Shown piece by piece: positions 1-12,118 of a stretch of DNA of 64,000 nucleotides. Position numbers and translations under genes: made by a program. This DNA is from Mobula hypostoma (taxonomy: Eukaryota): contig NC_086097.1 of assembly GCF_963921235.1 (NCBI RefSeq), positions 38,876,001 through 38,940,000 of the forward strand, given 5' to 3'. The notes below the pieces were generated by a model. That model had not been told where the DNA came from, ran no database searches, and saw nothing but the letters and a program-made list of their open reading frames with translations. Position 1 is the first letter of the stretch. The number at the start of each line of letters is the position of its first letter.

Positions 1-378
1 CCCAGCCTTATGTCAAAGATTATAAGGCTTTGTAAAAGTTTTTAAAAAACGGAAGTTGGGAGGGAGGAACTTGAGGAGCAGTAAAAAAAAATTTTAAAAG
101 ACGTTTGAACATGAAGGAATTGTTGGATAGTGATCCAATACACACCAGTACAGGTCATGGGTTAATTGGAACTGATAAAAATTACAAGATGGGCTACACA
201 TGATTGCTGTTGATATTAGTTAATATTTAACATACTCCTGTGACCTTCCTCTGATTAAAACCTCAAACATGTTTAATGAAAATTAAATCACCAAAAATAT
301 CCTTGTGTCCAATACAAAGAGGAGATTTTGGAGGAGCATTGCTTTGAATTATTATCAATTCAGAGCGCGATATGAGGA

Positions 379-573
379 CATTCTTACCTTCGGCCATTAA
401 TTCTATAATGAGTCAACCTATAGCCAGGAGAGTGACAACCCCCCTTCCAGTTAGACTGTTTGAGGTAACTTATTTTTTATTCTTTCTACTTCTCTTCTAA
501 TATTTATATATCTGTGCACTTGTAATGCTACTGTGACACTGTAGTTTCCTTTGGGATAAAGTATCTATCTATC
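379..573 (+). mobile_element. 3' end fragment of a non-LTR retrotransposon (Rex1/L2-like) with (ATCT)n tail
   Basis: SFLPSAI-like terminal coding remnant, T-rich UTR, ends ataaagtatctatctatct. Confidence 0.5.
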
Positions 574-807
574 TAATAACATTATTAACAATCTGGATGC
601 TGATGTGTAACTTGGATTCTATCAGGACCTCATTACAACATGAGTACAACCATAACAAGAATAAGAGAAGATTTACTATCCTTAATATCAATTTAGCATG
701 TTTAATATCAAAGTTGAAGTTGGTGTAAATCAGCAGTTAGTTTTCCTGTGTCTAGAGACATGCCTTATACAAAAGAAGGTCCTGTAGTCATTTAGACCAA
801 AGTCCGA

Positions 808-2258
808 AGTCAAAGTTCAAAGTGAATTTATTATCAAAATATGTATATGTCAGCCGGCTGGTGGCGCAACGACATCGGCTCCGGACCCGGGAGTGGAGGT
901 TCCTGGGTTCGAAACTAGTGGGGTCCGCCCCCGAGTACGCTTTCCATCCGTGCCAGGTTGAGTGTCGAGATCGCAACTCGACCTCGTAAAATAAAGGGAA
1001 AAATACTGCGAAATGTCTGTGTGAGCAGTGGCGTTCCACACAGTCTCTCTCTCACTCTCGCTCAGCGCCGTGAGAAGCCATGAAAAGACATCATCATGGA
1101 CGCACGCAAGGACATGCAGATGCACACGCACAGACTCGCATGTACGCAGGAACACGCCAAAAAAAACCAAAAAAGCAAAATGTGTATGTCACCAAATACT
1201 ACCCTGTGGAGGGATTCACAGTAACTACAAAGAAACACTATAGAATCAATGAGAAACTACACACAATGATGAACAAACAACCAATGTGCATAAAAAGACA
1301 AAATGTGCAATTACAAAAAATAACAAATAATATTAAATAAACAAAAGAAAGAACAAATAAATAAATAAAATTGAGACCATGAGTTGTAGAGGCCTTTAAA
1401 GTGAGACTATGGATTACGGAATAGTTCAGTATTGAGGTGAGTGAAGTTATCCACTCTGGTTCTGGAGCCTGATGGCTGAAGGATAATAACTGTTCCCCAC
1501 CCTGGTGATGTGGGACCTAAGGCTCCTGTACCTCCTTCCTGATGGCAGCAGCAAGAAGAGAGTATGGCCTGACTGTGGCGGTCACTGAGTGAGACGTTGT
1601 TGCAGGGGTGCCATTCAACCAGATTTTCAGTCTCCCTTTTATACGCTAATTCATCACCACCTTTGATTCGGTCAACAACAGTGGTGTCATCAGCAAACTT
1701 TATTATGACATTGGAGTTATACTTAGCCTCATAGTTATAAGTATAAAGCAATTAGAGCAGGGGGCCAAGCACACAGCCTTGTGGTGAACCTGTGCTGATG
1801 GTGATTGTGGAGGAGGTGATATTGTCAATCCGAACTGACTAGGGACTGTAGGTGAGGAAATCAAGGGTTCAGTTGCACAAGGAGGTTTCAAGGCTTACGT
1901 TGTGGAGCTTATTGATTAGTTTTGAGGTGGTGATCGTATTGAATGCAGAGCTGCAGTCAATGAGAGCGTCCTGATGTGCCAAGGCTGAGTGAAGAGCCAA
2001 TGAAATGGCATCTGCTGTCGACCTGTTATAACAGTCAGCAAATACGAGCAGATCCAAGACACTCCTCAGGCAGTTGACATGTTTCATGACCAACCTCTCA
2101 AAGCACTTCAACACACTGGATGTAAGTGCTACTGAACAATAGTCATTGAGGCAGGTTACCATGTTCTTCTGGGGCACTGACATGATTGAAGCCTGCTTGA
2201 AGCAGGTTGGTACCTCAGACTGCTGAATCAAGAGGTTAAAGGTGTCAGTAAGCACTCC
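808..2258 (-). mobile_element. Rex1/Babar-like LINE, decayed RT region and 3' tail
   Basis: Minus ORFs 1869-2255 ([26 protein letters not shown]) and 1407-1751 (IIKFADDTTVV); (CTTTGAA)n-type tail near 808-822. Confidence 0.8.
853..1175 (+). mobile_element. tRNA-derived SINE inserted in the LINE 3' end
   Basis: A box TGGCGCAACG (~862), B box GGTTCGAAACT (906-916), CpG-rich body, A-rich tail, imperfect flanking direct repeat caaaat(at)gtatatgtca (835-852) / caaaatgtgtatgtca (1176-1191). Confidence 0.75.
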
Positions 2259-5200
2259 TGTCAGGCCTGCACATGAAGGCTCCTCCTAACTCCACCATGC
2301 CAGCAGGAGCCATCTGCCACTGATTTCCAACTCATCATCTGCAGCCTATTTAAACCTAGCTCTCATTCCCAGCCCCTGTTCGCTCGTCAAACCAGCCAGC
2401 TCCAACAAGTTGCTCCTAGCTTTCAGTTACCTAGATGCCTTGTCATGTTAAGTATCTGTTCTTTCTTGTTTTGTGGCCTCTCATGGTTTATAATTTTGCA
2501 GTTATTGCTCATCACTAAATTGTCTCTGCTGCTGTGTTTGCATGAAGCCCCATCTGCATTTTCTGACCGGATGGATGAACCTGCGATTGACCCATCACCA
2601 TGAGCACATGATTCTGAAGCAGCAGGAAACCAATGACCATCTACTTGCCACTCTCAACCAACTCTCTGCCTTGATACTGTGACCCTGCACCAGTCAGCTT
2701 CCTCCATCCGAGCCCCAGGTCCTGGTACCTGAACGTTTCGACTGACCCCCAACCTGATGCTGCAACCTTCTGACCCAGTGCATCTTACACTTCAAGCTCC
2801 AGTCATCCCTGTATGTTATGGACCGGGTCAAGATTGCCTTCGTCATTTTTCTCTTGACTGGGCTAGCTCTGACCAGGGCCACCGCTAAACAGGTCAATAA
2901 AACCCCCTTTTGCAACCACATGAGGATTTTACCCCAGCATTGCACCAGGTTTTTGACCATCCGTGATATGAAAGAGAGGGAGTGGATTGGAGTGGAGCTG
3001 TTACAAGGCTCGCGCTCTGTGCTGGGCTACACCGTGGAATTCAGGACCCTCGTGGTAGAGTGCAGCTGCAATACAGAAGCACTGCTGGCCCATTACCACC
3101 ACAATCTCCCAGAGGGCTTGAAAAATGAGCTAGAGGATCACCGACCTTGAAAGCCTCATCACTCTGGGCCTCTTCATTGTCTCGTGTCTTATGGAACGAC
3201 CCTCCAGGTCAACAGATAGAACCCCAGTTTCGTTCCTGGAACCATTTCAGGCTGCAGGACCCTTTATCATCAACACCTTCCGAACTCATGCAGCTATGGG
3301 GAGCTCCCTTAAACCTCGCCCCCCCAAAGAATGCAAGTATCGATGAAGAAACAACTGGTGCACTTCCTGCAGAGCAGCCAATCAGCCATGCATCAAATGC
3401 CACTGCGTCCAAGAAATGGCAACTGGGTAGAAGCAAGGGAGCTTTTATCTGGTAAGCTCCCCCTGACCTCTCGTTCCAGCAGCTTAGCCCAACTCACTCA
3501 CTCTGTCGTCCTCCACAACCTGATGGCCCTATGCACACAGGAGGCTCTGGTGAATTCCAGTACAGAACCAGACCCTGTGTGTGCAACATAGACTCCCTAA
3601 CAATCCTATCTCTCTCCCCTTCTGCATCATGGCCTTTGACGGATGTCTCTTAGGGTCTGGGATGGCAAGAGTGTGCACATGAACATCAGAAAGCACCACC
3701 CATCCATCCAGTTCCTCCTGATTGACTCACCCAACACTCCTCTCATCTTGGGTTAACCCTGGCTCTCTACTCACAACCCCCACTTCACCTGGTCATCTGG
3801 TTCACTGCTGAATTGTGGACCCACCCGCCTGCAACCTCAGCTGACTCCACTGTGTAAATCCGTGGAGAAGGAGGAAGGTCCCAACCTCACCAAACCCCCA
3901 CTGGAGTACCATAGCTTAGCATCGTCTTCAGTAAGAGGGAAGCCAGCAGTTTGCTGCCTCACAGATCACATGACTGTGTGATGGACCTCCTCCTGGGCAC
4001 AACCCCTCCGAAAAGTCACCTGTTCTCCCTCTCCCCTCCTGAGACCCAAGCAATGAATGACTACATCACTGAAGCACTAAAGCAAGGCTTCACTCACCAA
4101 CCCCAGTCCTCAACCACTGCAGGGTTCTTCTTTGTCAAAAAGAAAGATGGGGTCTTCGTCCCTGCATTGACTATCATGGACTCAACAAAATCACCATTAA
4201 GAACCACTACCCTCTTCCCTTGATAGACAGCGCATTTGAAACGTTCCACAGGGCACAGATCTTCACAAAACTGGATTTACGTAGTGCATACAATCTGATC
4301 CACATCCACCATAACACCCACTGACCACTACGGGTACCTGGAGATGCCTTTTGGACTTTCCAACAGTCCAGCCATTTTCCAGGCCTTCATCAACGAGGTC
4401 CTCTGAGACACGCTACACAGGTACGTATTCGTCTACCTCAAAAACATCCTCATCTTCTCCATGAACCCCAAGACCACGTCTGTCACATCCGATCATTCCT
4501 TTAGTGTCTTCTTGAAAACAAACTGTTCTGCAAGTTAGAAAAATGCCAGTTCCACACTGCAGCCATTTCCTTGCACCCCAAGGCATGACCATGGACTCGG
4601 CCAGAGTGCCCGCTGTTGTTGAATGGCCCCAACCACGCTCCAACAGCTACAACTCCTCTTGGGCTTCTCCAACTTTTATTAAGGTTCATCAGAAACTACA
4701 GCCATATCACCGCTTCTCTCACCTCTCTCACCAAGTCACTGACCTCAAGGATAATTTGTTCTGCTGCCATGGACCACTATTTTGAGCAGCTCAAGAAACG
4801 CCTCACCACTGCTCCCATTCTCCACCATACGATACCCTCTGGATCTTTCATGATAGAGGTGGGAGCATCTGATGTGGCAGCCGCAGCCATTCTGTCCCAA
4901 CGAGGACCGGACGTGAAGACATACCCTTGTGCATTCTTCCCACACAAGTCCAACTCTCCACAGCACTATCATGGAGTAGGAGACAGGGAGCTATTCACCA
5001 TTAAATAGGCCTTTGTGGAACGTAGACATTGGCTGATGGGGAACTCTGAGCCCTTCCTGATCTATACTGACCACCAGAACCTCATATCCATTCGAAAGAT
5101 CCACCAACTCAACCCACGTCAGGCTCGCTGGACCCACTTCTTCAAGCTATTCAACTTCAGCATCTCTTCCCAACCCAGCTCCAAGGACACTAAGGCAGAC

Positions 5201-6762
5201 ACCCTGACACAACAGTTCGATCCAGCTGAAATAGAGATAGACCCTCAGCCCATTATACCATCCTCCCAGATCCTCGCCTTGATCATTGAGAACCAGATTC
5301 GCCGGGCTGTACAATACAAGCCTGCTCTGGCTGATGTACCTTAACAACTATTTGTACGTGCTTGCAGCCTTGCGCTCTGAGGCACTCCAGTGAGCCTATG
5401 CTTTAGCCATCTCCAGCCGTCCAGACGCATGACGGAATCTGGATTTTCGGCAACGCTTCTGGTGGCCCGCCATGATCGCAGGTGTACTGCGCATCAGTTT
5501 GTCACTGCCTGCTCTCAATGTACCCAGTCCACTTCCTCCAACTAGTGGCCTTCTAGGTTTCTGCAGCCCCTGCCAGACCCTCACTGCCCATAGTCCCACA
5601 TCAGCATGAATTTCAACACGGCTTTGCCGCCTTCTGATGGGACCATGGTGATTACGACAATGGTGGACTGGTTCTCCAAGGCAGCCCATTTCATTGCTCT
5701 CCCCAAACTTTTATCAACCGCTGAGATGGTGGACCTAGACCTCCAATACGTAGATCACCTTCATGGCTTTCCCCACAATTTGCCTTCCCCTTCAGGTGAG
5801 ACTTCTTCCTCCTTCGCTCCTTGGTGAGTTTGTCCTTTGCCTATCATTTGCAGACCAATCTGCAACTGGAGTAGTTTCTGCGATGCTTTGCTGCCTCTAA
5901 CACTTCCACATGGAGGAAGTGTCATGCAATCTACACAGCTCCTCTTCCATGGGTATATCACCCTTTGAGGTGCTTCATCATGACCAACCCCATTTATTCC
6001 CCGTGGAGGAGGCTACTGTGAAGGTACCATTCGCCAGGGCTCTGGTTTGCTACTGCAGGAGTGCTTGGAAGAGGGCACAAAGGGCCATCCTAGCTGCCAA
6101 CCTTGCTTACTGCCACCAGGCCAACTGCCAGTGGTGCCCAGCCAGACAACTCTGGCCTGGGGACCGCGTCTGACTGTCCACCCAAGATATGCACCTGTGC
6201 ACCAACTCCTTCTAGCTGTCACCCCAGTTCAATGGTCCCGTTAATATCATCCATCATTTAACCATTGCCAGCTGCCACGGCCCCTCAGGGTTACACCTAC
6301 CTTCCACCATGTCCTGCCTCAAGCCCATTGTCCATGAACCACACAACCCACCTGAGCCTGCACCTCCAGAACCTAGAATGGTGGAAGATGGTACAGAATG
6401 GCATGGTTCACCAGTTGATGGATTCATGTTGTTGTGGGTGGGGTGAGTGGCAAATGAAGAGGAGAAACCTTGCGAGCCACCAGTTACAGTTGGAGCCATC
6501 GCCCATTGAGGAGTCCCACCGAACCCGTCCAGATTGCCCTGGCCATCAGGGGCCGGTCATAGGATAGGATCCTGTCAGACCTGCACATGCAGGCTCCTCC
6601 TAATCTCCACCCAGTCACCTGCCACTCATTTCCAACTCATCACCTGCAGCCTATTTAAACCCAACTCTCAACCCCAGCCCTTGTTCCCTCATCAAGCAGC
6701 CGGCCTCAGTCAGTTTCTCCAATGCTTCGGTTACCTTGTTGCCTTGTCATTAAGTACCAAGT
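2259..6762 (+). mobile_element. Decayed Ty3/Gypsy (sushi/chromovirus-like) LTR retrotransposon #1
   Basis: Similar LTRs starting TGTCAG at 2259 and 6573; frameshifted gag, RT ([10 protein letters not shown]), RNase H (GVGDRELFTIK, IYTDHQNL) and integrase (LPPSDG..VDWFSKAAHFIALPKL) remnants; 3' LTR truncated. Confidence 0.9.
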
Positions 6763-6850
6763 ACACCATCTGCGCCAGGTGTTTTTATGAGTTTACCATC
6801 CTGAAGGATGCTTTCACATTAGCCTCAAAGACTGAAATAATTTCACATTT
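6763..6850 (-). mobile_element. Continuation of the Rex1/Babar LINE interrupted by LTR element #1
   Basis: Minus strand reads ISVFEANVKASFRMVNS*KTPGADGV, the motif that precedes the GVLTDTFNL seen at 2258. Confidence 0.65.
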
Positions 6851-7123
6851 CACACCCAGAATATCACTGCAGGATTTCCACAGAACAGTATACTCTGTTC
6901 AAACTACTTTAACTGCTTTGCTTCTCACAGATCGGAAGTGGAGATCACTGCTGATAATGGCATGATGTTCAGTTTCCTTTATAATTCCACAGAAAACACT
7001 GTTTGCATGCAGCGCGAATACCATTCAAGCAGATAAGTGGCAAGTAACAATGGAGACCAGAAGTGCCAGGCAATGTTTTCCCTTGTCTTTCTGACAACTT
7101 GGCATTTGGAGGCGTTGACATTG

Positions 7124-7308
7124 CAGTGGTCCCCAACCACCAGGCCACGAGGAAACGATATGATTTGGCGATATGAACCGATATGAGTCAGCTGCACCTT
7201 TCCTCATTCCCTATCACGCCCACTGTTGAACTTGAACGCACGCGAGGTCCGCAAGAATATTGTCCATATTAAACCGGTCCACGGTCCGCAAAAGGTTGGG
7301 GACCCCTG
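7124..7308. mobile_element. hAT (Charlie-like) non-autonomous DNA transposon
   Basis: TIRs CAGTGGTCCCCAACC ... GGTTGGGGACCCCTG; 8-bp TSD not clearly preserved. Confidence 0.6.
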
Positions 7309-7564
7309 TTGTAGGGTAATATAATGGCATAATTCACATCCACAGACATTGAGTTGGGGTTCCCTTTAAGAGGCTGGTCTGACGCAATGACGTGAAGTTT
7401 TTTTTTACCGCGCATTGTGTTCTGTGTTTGGTTGGCAATAAAAGGAGTTGTTACAGTTTCCCTTAAACTTAGAATGCCTTTGCCATTTTATCTGTGAAAA
7501 CCTATTTAACCTGTGAAATCATATTTAGTTAGGGGAATGTCCCTCAGTCAAGATCTAGAGGCTT

Positions 7565-9378
7565 ACCATAAGACACAGGAGCAGAATAAGGCCATCTGAG
7601 TCCACTCCAACATTCCATCATGGCTGATTTACTTTCCCTCTCACCCCCATTCTCCTGCCTTCTCCCTTTGACACCCTTACGAAACAAGAACCTAATAACC
7701 TCTGCTTTAAATGACTTGGCCTCCACAGGCACCTGTGGCAATGACTTCCACAGATTCACCACCCTCTGGCTAAAGAAATTTCCTTGGTTAGAAATTTAAT
7801 TGAGCAATGTATATATGTAAATATGTCAATTACTGACTAATGTAGTGATTCATCTGCTCTCTATAGAAACCCATTCCCGCTTCTAACAAGATAATTTAGA
7901 GGGGTTACAGATTATTCTCCACCTGCTTGGATAAGTGACATAGCAACAGCACATGAGAAGCTCAACGCCATCCAGAATGAATCAGTCCATTTGACTGGTA
8001 GACACTGGAGACTGTAGGTGCTGGAATTTAAAGCAAAAAGAAAACAACTTTTTGGAGGAACTCAGCAGGTAAAACAGCTTTGTAGATGGAACGAAATTGT
8101 TAGCATTTTGTGTTGAGGCCCTATACCTGTACTGTTAAGACCATAAGATATAGGAGCAGAAGTAGGCCATTCTGCCCATCAAGTCTGCTCCACCATTCAA
8201 TCATGGGCTGATCCAATTCTTCCAGTCGTCCCCACTCCCCTGCCTTCTCCCCATACCCTTTGATGCCCTGATACCCTATTGTTGCAGGGTCTTGATCCAA
8301 AACTTAGTCAATTCCTTTCCCTCTAGAGACGCTGCACATCTTGCTGAATTCCTCCAGTAGTTTGTTTTTGTCTCCACTTCATTGATATCCTACCCCCACT
8401 TAAATATCAATGCTCAAGATGTTTACATATGCACCTATACAGTATGCAATATAAAATGCATTACAGCAAAATGGCCAGACATCTTTGATGTCACTTTAAT
8501 TTTTTTTCTCTTTTTCAACTAAAAGTGAAAAGCAACAAGCTTCATTTCAAGAGTAATAGATAGATGGAAACATGACCATGAAGTGCACATTCTGACTTGG
8601 TTGAATAATCCTTTATTAACCCAGGATTAATATCCTGCCTCACCAAGACACACACCATTCTTATTTTCAAATACATATCACGATTTTTTTATGTCATTAA
8701 GTCAAGACCTTCACAACTTAGACTGTTGCTGTTCAAGTTGCGACCAACCTCTTCAGAAGAATGGGAAGCAAATACTGGAATTAAAATAGAAAATGCCAGA
8801 GATACTCAGCATTCAGGCAGTACCTGTGAAGAAGCAAGTGGTTTCATTGTTTCTGAACTAGGAAATTAGAATTTAATATATGCATGTTTTCTTTAAATGG
8901 GGCATCATGGACAATAGCAGTGGCAGGCTGGCTACCAATAGATATTGGATGAGAAATGAAAAGGTGTGGTGAAGACTTGGTAACTGCAGCTGATCTATCT
9001 GGAAGAGGTACGGACAGAAGGACATGAATTTGAATGGGGGAGAGAACTGCAAAAAAGTAATGCTGGAGCTGAGTTGGAGAATACAACACTTATCTCATTC
9101 CCAGCACTATTTTGTTTCTTTTATTCCTGGTTTCCTTAAATTTCTCAGCTGTCAACTGTCTTGAGGCTGTGGCCCTAGCTCAAGTACAAGTTGATTGTCA
9201 TAGGCTTACATAAGAAATAGGAGCAGGAGTAGGTCATCTGGCCCGTCAAGCCTGCTCCACTATTCAATAAGATCATGGCTGATCTGGCCATGGACTCATC
9301 TCCACCTACCTGCCTTTTCCCCATAATTCCACTACTATGCAAAAATCTATCCAACCTTGTCTTAAATATATTCACTGA
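7565..9378 (-). mobile_element. Cluster of short CR1 3' fragments (~7565-7783, ~8138-8270, ~9208-9378) and a Penelope terminal remnant (~8005-8375)
   Basis: Repeated CR1 3'-end motif (ataggagcagaagtaggccat..., catggctgat) and PLE terminal motif (gaggaactcagcagg / gctgaattcctccag). Confidence 0.65.
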
Positions 9379-10134
9379 AACTTAAATATTCAGGTGCAAG
9401 TACCATGTGCCATGAGGTCTTTCATTGATTCTACTGAGTTTCTTGTACTTACTCTAAATGCCCACAGGAAAGTAAATCTCAGGGTTGTATATGGTGACAT
9501 AATGTACTTTGATAATAAATTTACTTTGAACTTTGAACTTCAAAAATTAACATTTTGCAGTAGCAAAATAGTGCGTTATACACATGACAATCATAAATTA
9601 ATATAATTTTAAATCAACATAAATTATACATAACTCACACGGCAAAATAAAAAAATAAACATGATGAATTCAGTGAACGTCAGGAGAGAGAAAAAAGAAA
9701 TATAATCCTAAGTAGCATTTGGGGTTTTCAAGTTGGAATGGAGATGGGGGAGAACCTGTTGTTAAATCTTGAGATATGGGTCTTTAGGCTCCAGGACCTC
9801 CTGCTTGAAAGCAGCATCTAGAAGAGGGCATGGCCCAGATGGCCCGAGTGGTGGGGTCCATTAAGATAGACGTTGCCTTCCTGAGTCATTGCCTTCTTAA
9901 AGGCATCACCAGTTGGTTTCGATGCAACAGACTGAGTCTACTACTTTCTGTAGCTTCTTACATTCTTGTGGATTGGAGGTTCCACACCAGACTCTGATAC
10001 AACCAGTCAGAGTACTTTCCACTGTACACTTGGAAATGATACGAATCTTTTGTTCTTATAAAAGATTATTTATCAGAATCTTTAATGGCAGGCTGATCTC
10101 CTTAAGCTTCGAAGAAAGTAGAGATGCTACCAGA

Positions 10135-10651
10135 TGTCAGTACCTCCAGCTGAACTTTGTCTTTTTGTGTGTTTTCCCCCTAGCCTTCAGTCTGTGGTTT
10201 TGTATTGCCATGTGCTCGTTTTTTTTTCCTGCCCCATGTGCTCCTGTCCCCGCTCCTGCTCTACTCCGGCCCCTGTATTACTAAGTACTCATCCTCTCAC
10301 CTGTTTCTCATTATTACCTGTTTTGCTGCCACTTCTGTCCCATTGTGCTCCACCTATCATCTGCCTCTCCGTTTATTGCTCAGTGTATTTCAGTCCTGTG
10401 TTTTCACTTATTCGTTGCCAGATTGTGCCAGTGAATTTTCCTGAGCCTTTCCAGCATTTGTATCTGTACTCTGTCTGAATATTGACTCTGCCTGTTTCCC
10501 GATTCTGGTTTTTGGATTTCTCTGGATGTTTTGATCTCTGCCTGAACTTTGATGCTGACTTTGTTTGCATCTTGGGATTTGGTACTCAATTAATATCACT
10601 ATGTGGACAGTACTGGGTCTGTGATTGGATCCCTGCTCCAGGTTCCTGACA
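10135..10651 (+). repeat. 5' LTR of Gypsy element #2
   Basis: Direct repeat of 15853-16346; TG...CA ends. Confidence 0.9.
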
Positions 10652-12118
10652 GTAGAATCTGGCCTAAATGGATCCAGCAGATCTCTGGTTGCCTGAGAGC
10701 TGCCCAGGGACAACAGGAAGTGATGCTGGGGAGACACCAGAACCAGCTGGACTCCGTGTTCAGGGCAGTGGAGTCACTTTCTGCCAATGTAGCTAATCTT
10801 GTGGCCCAGATTCAGTCATTCCAGCTGTCCCAGAGCGCCTATCAACATTCTGTGACGGCACCTTCTGCCCTACCCTCCATGTCCTTGCATGCTCCTCCTG
10901 TCCAAGGGCCCCATCTGCCTCCTCCGGAGAAGTACTCAGGTGAGGCCAGTACCTGCTGCTCTTTTCTTTCCCAGTGCACCCTCATTTTTGAATTGCAACC
11001 AACATTTCTGGCTGATTGAGCCAAGATAATCTACGTCATCACCCAACTGGCCGGTCAGGCGAGAGAATGGGGAACAGCCGTCTGGGAGGCAGGCTCCCCT
11101 TTCTGCATCAGTTTTCAGTTATTTTCTAAGGAGATGAGAAAAGAGTTTGATCACTCCAAACATGGGAGACAGGCTGCCCGTGAAATGCTGCACATGCACC
11201 AGGGGCGCAGGTCTGTGTCAGATTCTAGCCACCTCCAGCGGCTGGATCTCAGAGGCACAGTACGACACCTTCCTGAATGGCCTCTCTGATGACATCAAAG
11301 ATGAGCTGGTCACCCAGGACCTTCCTGCCATGCTCACACTCATACCTGCTTCTCTGGAGTGGGGCGTCCAACAGCGAGCAGTCTCTGTCTTGGTCTATTC
11401 TGGTGCGGAGGGGTGTTTTATCAATTCCAGCTTGGCTGCCCAGTGGGGATTACCCACATCTGCTCTCCAGTCACGATGGGTGGCCAATGCCTTGAATGGT
11501 CAGAGACTGGCTAACATCACCCATGTCACAGGCTCGGTGAGTCTCAGTTTATCCAACAACCATCATGAACAGTTAACCCTTTATGTTACTGACTCTCCTC
11601 AAGCTCCCATTGTCCTGGGCCATCCCTGGTTAGTTAAACACAACCCCCACATTGACTGGCTCAGTTGCAAAATTGTAGGCTGGAGCCCATTCTGTCACTC
11701 CCAGTGCCTCTGCCATGCTCAGATCCCTTTGTCTCCAAGCCCAGGTCCCACCCCCACCCCCGGAGGAATTTCTGGACCTTGGTGTCATCCCTCCTGAATA
11801 CATGGACCTCAAAGCTGTGTTCAGCAAGTCCCGGGCCACTTCCCTGCCACCTCATTGTCCATATGATTGCGCCATTGACCTCTTGCCTGGCACATTTCCC
11901 CCAAGGGGCCGCCTGTATTCCTTGTCTGTACCTGAAACAGAAGCCATGAGTAAGTATATTCAAGAGTCTTTGGCTACAGGCATCATCTGGCCATCTTCCT
12001 CCCCTGCTGGTGCTGGTTTTTCCTTCCTTGAATGGAAGGACAGCTGCTTGCATCCTTGCAGTGATTACTGGGGACTGAATAACATCACTGGTTAGAATGG
12101 TTACCCCCCCCCCCCCCA

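Noticed and set aside
853..925. tRNA gene
   Set aside because: A/B boxes are present but there is no convincing cloverleaf, and it continues into a SINE body with tail and TSD.
7310..7540. Possible solo LTR (TGACGC/TGACGT motifs, AATAAA)
   Set aside because: Could not define TG...CA ends or a TSD.
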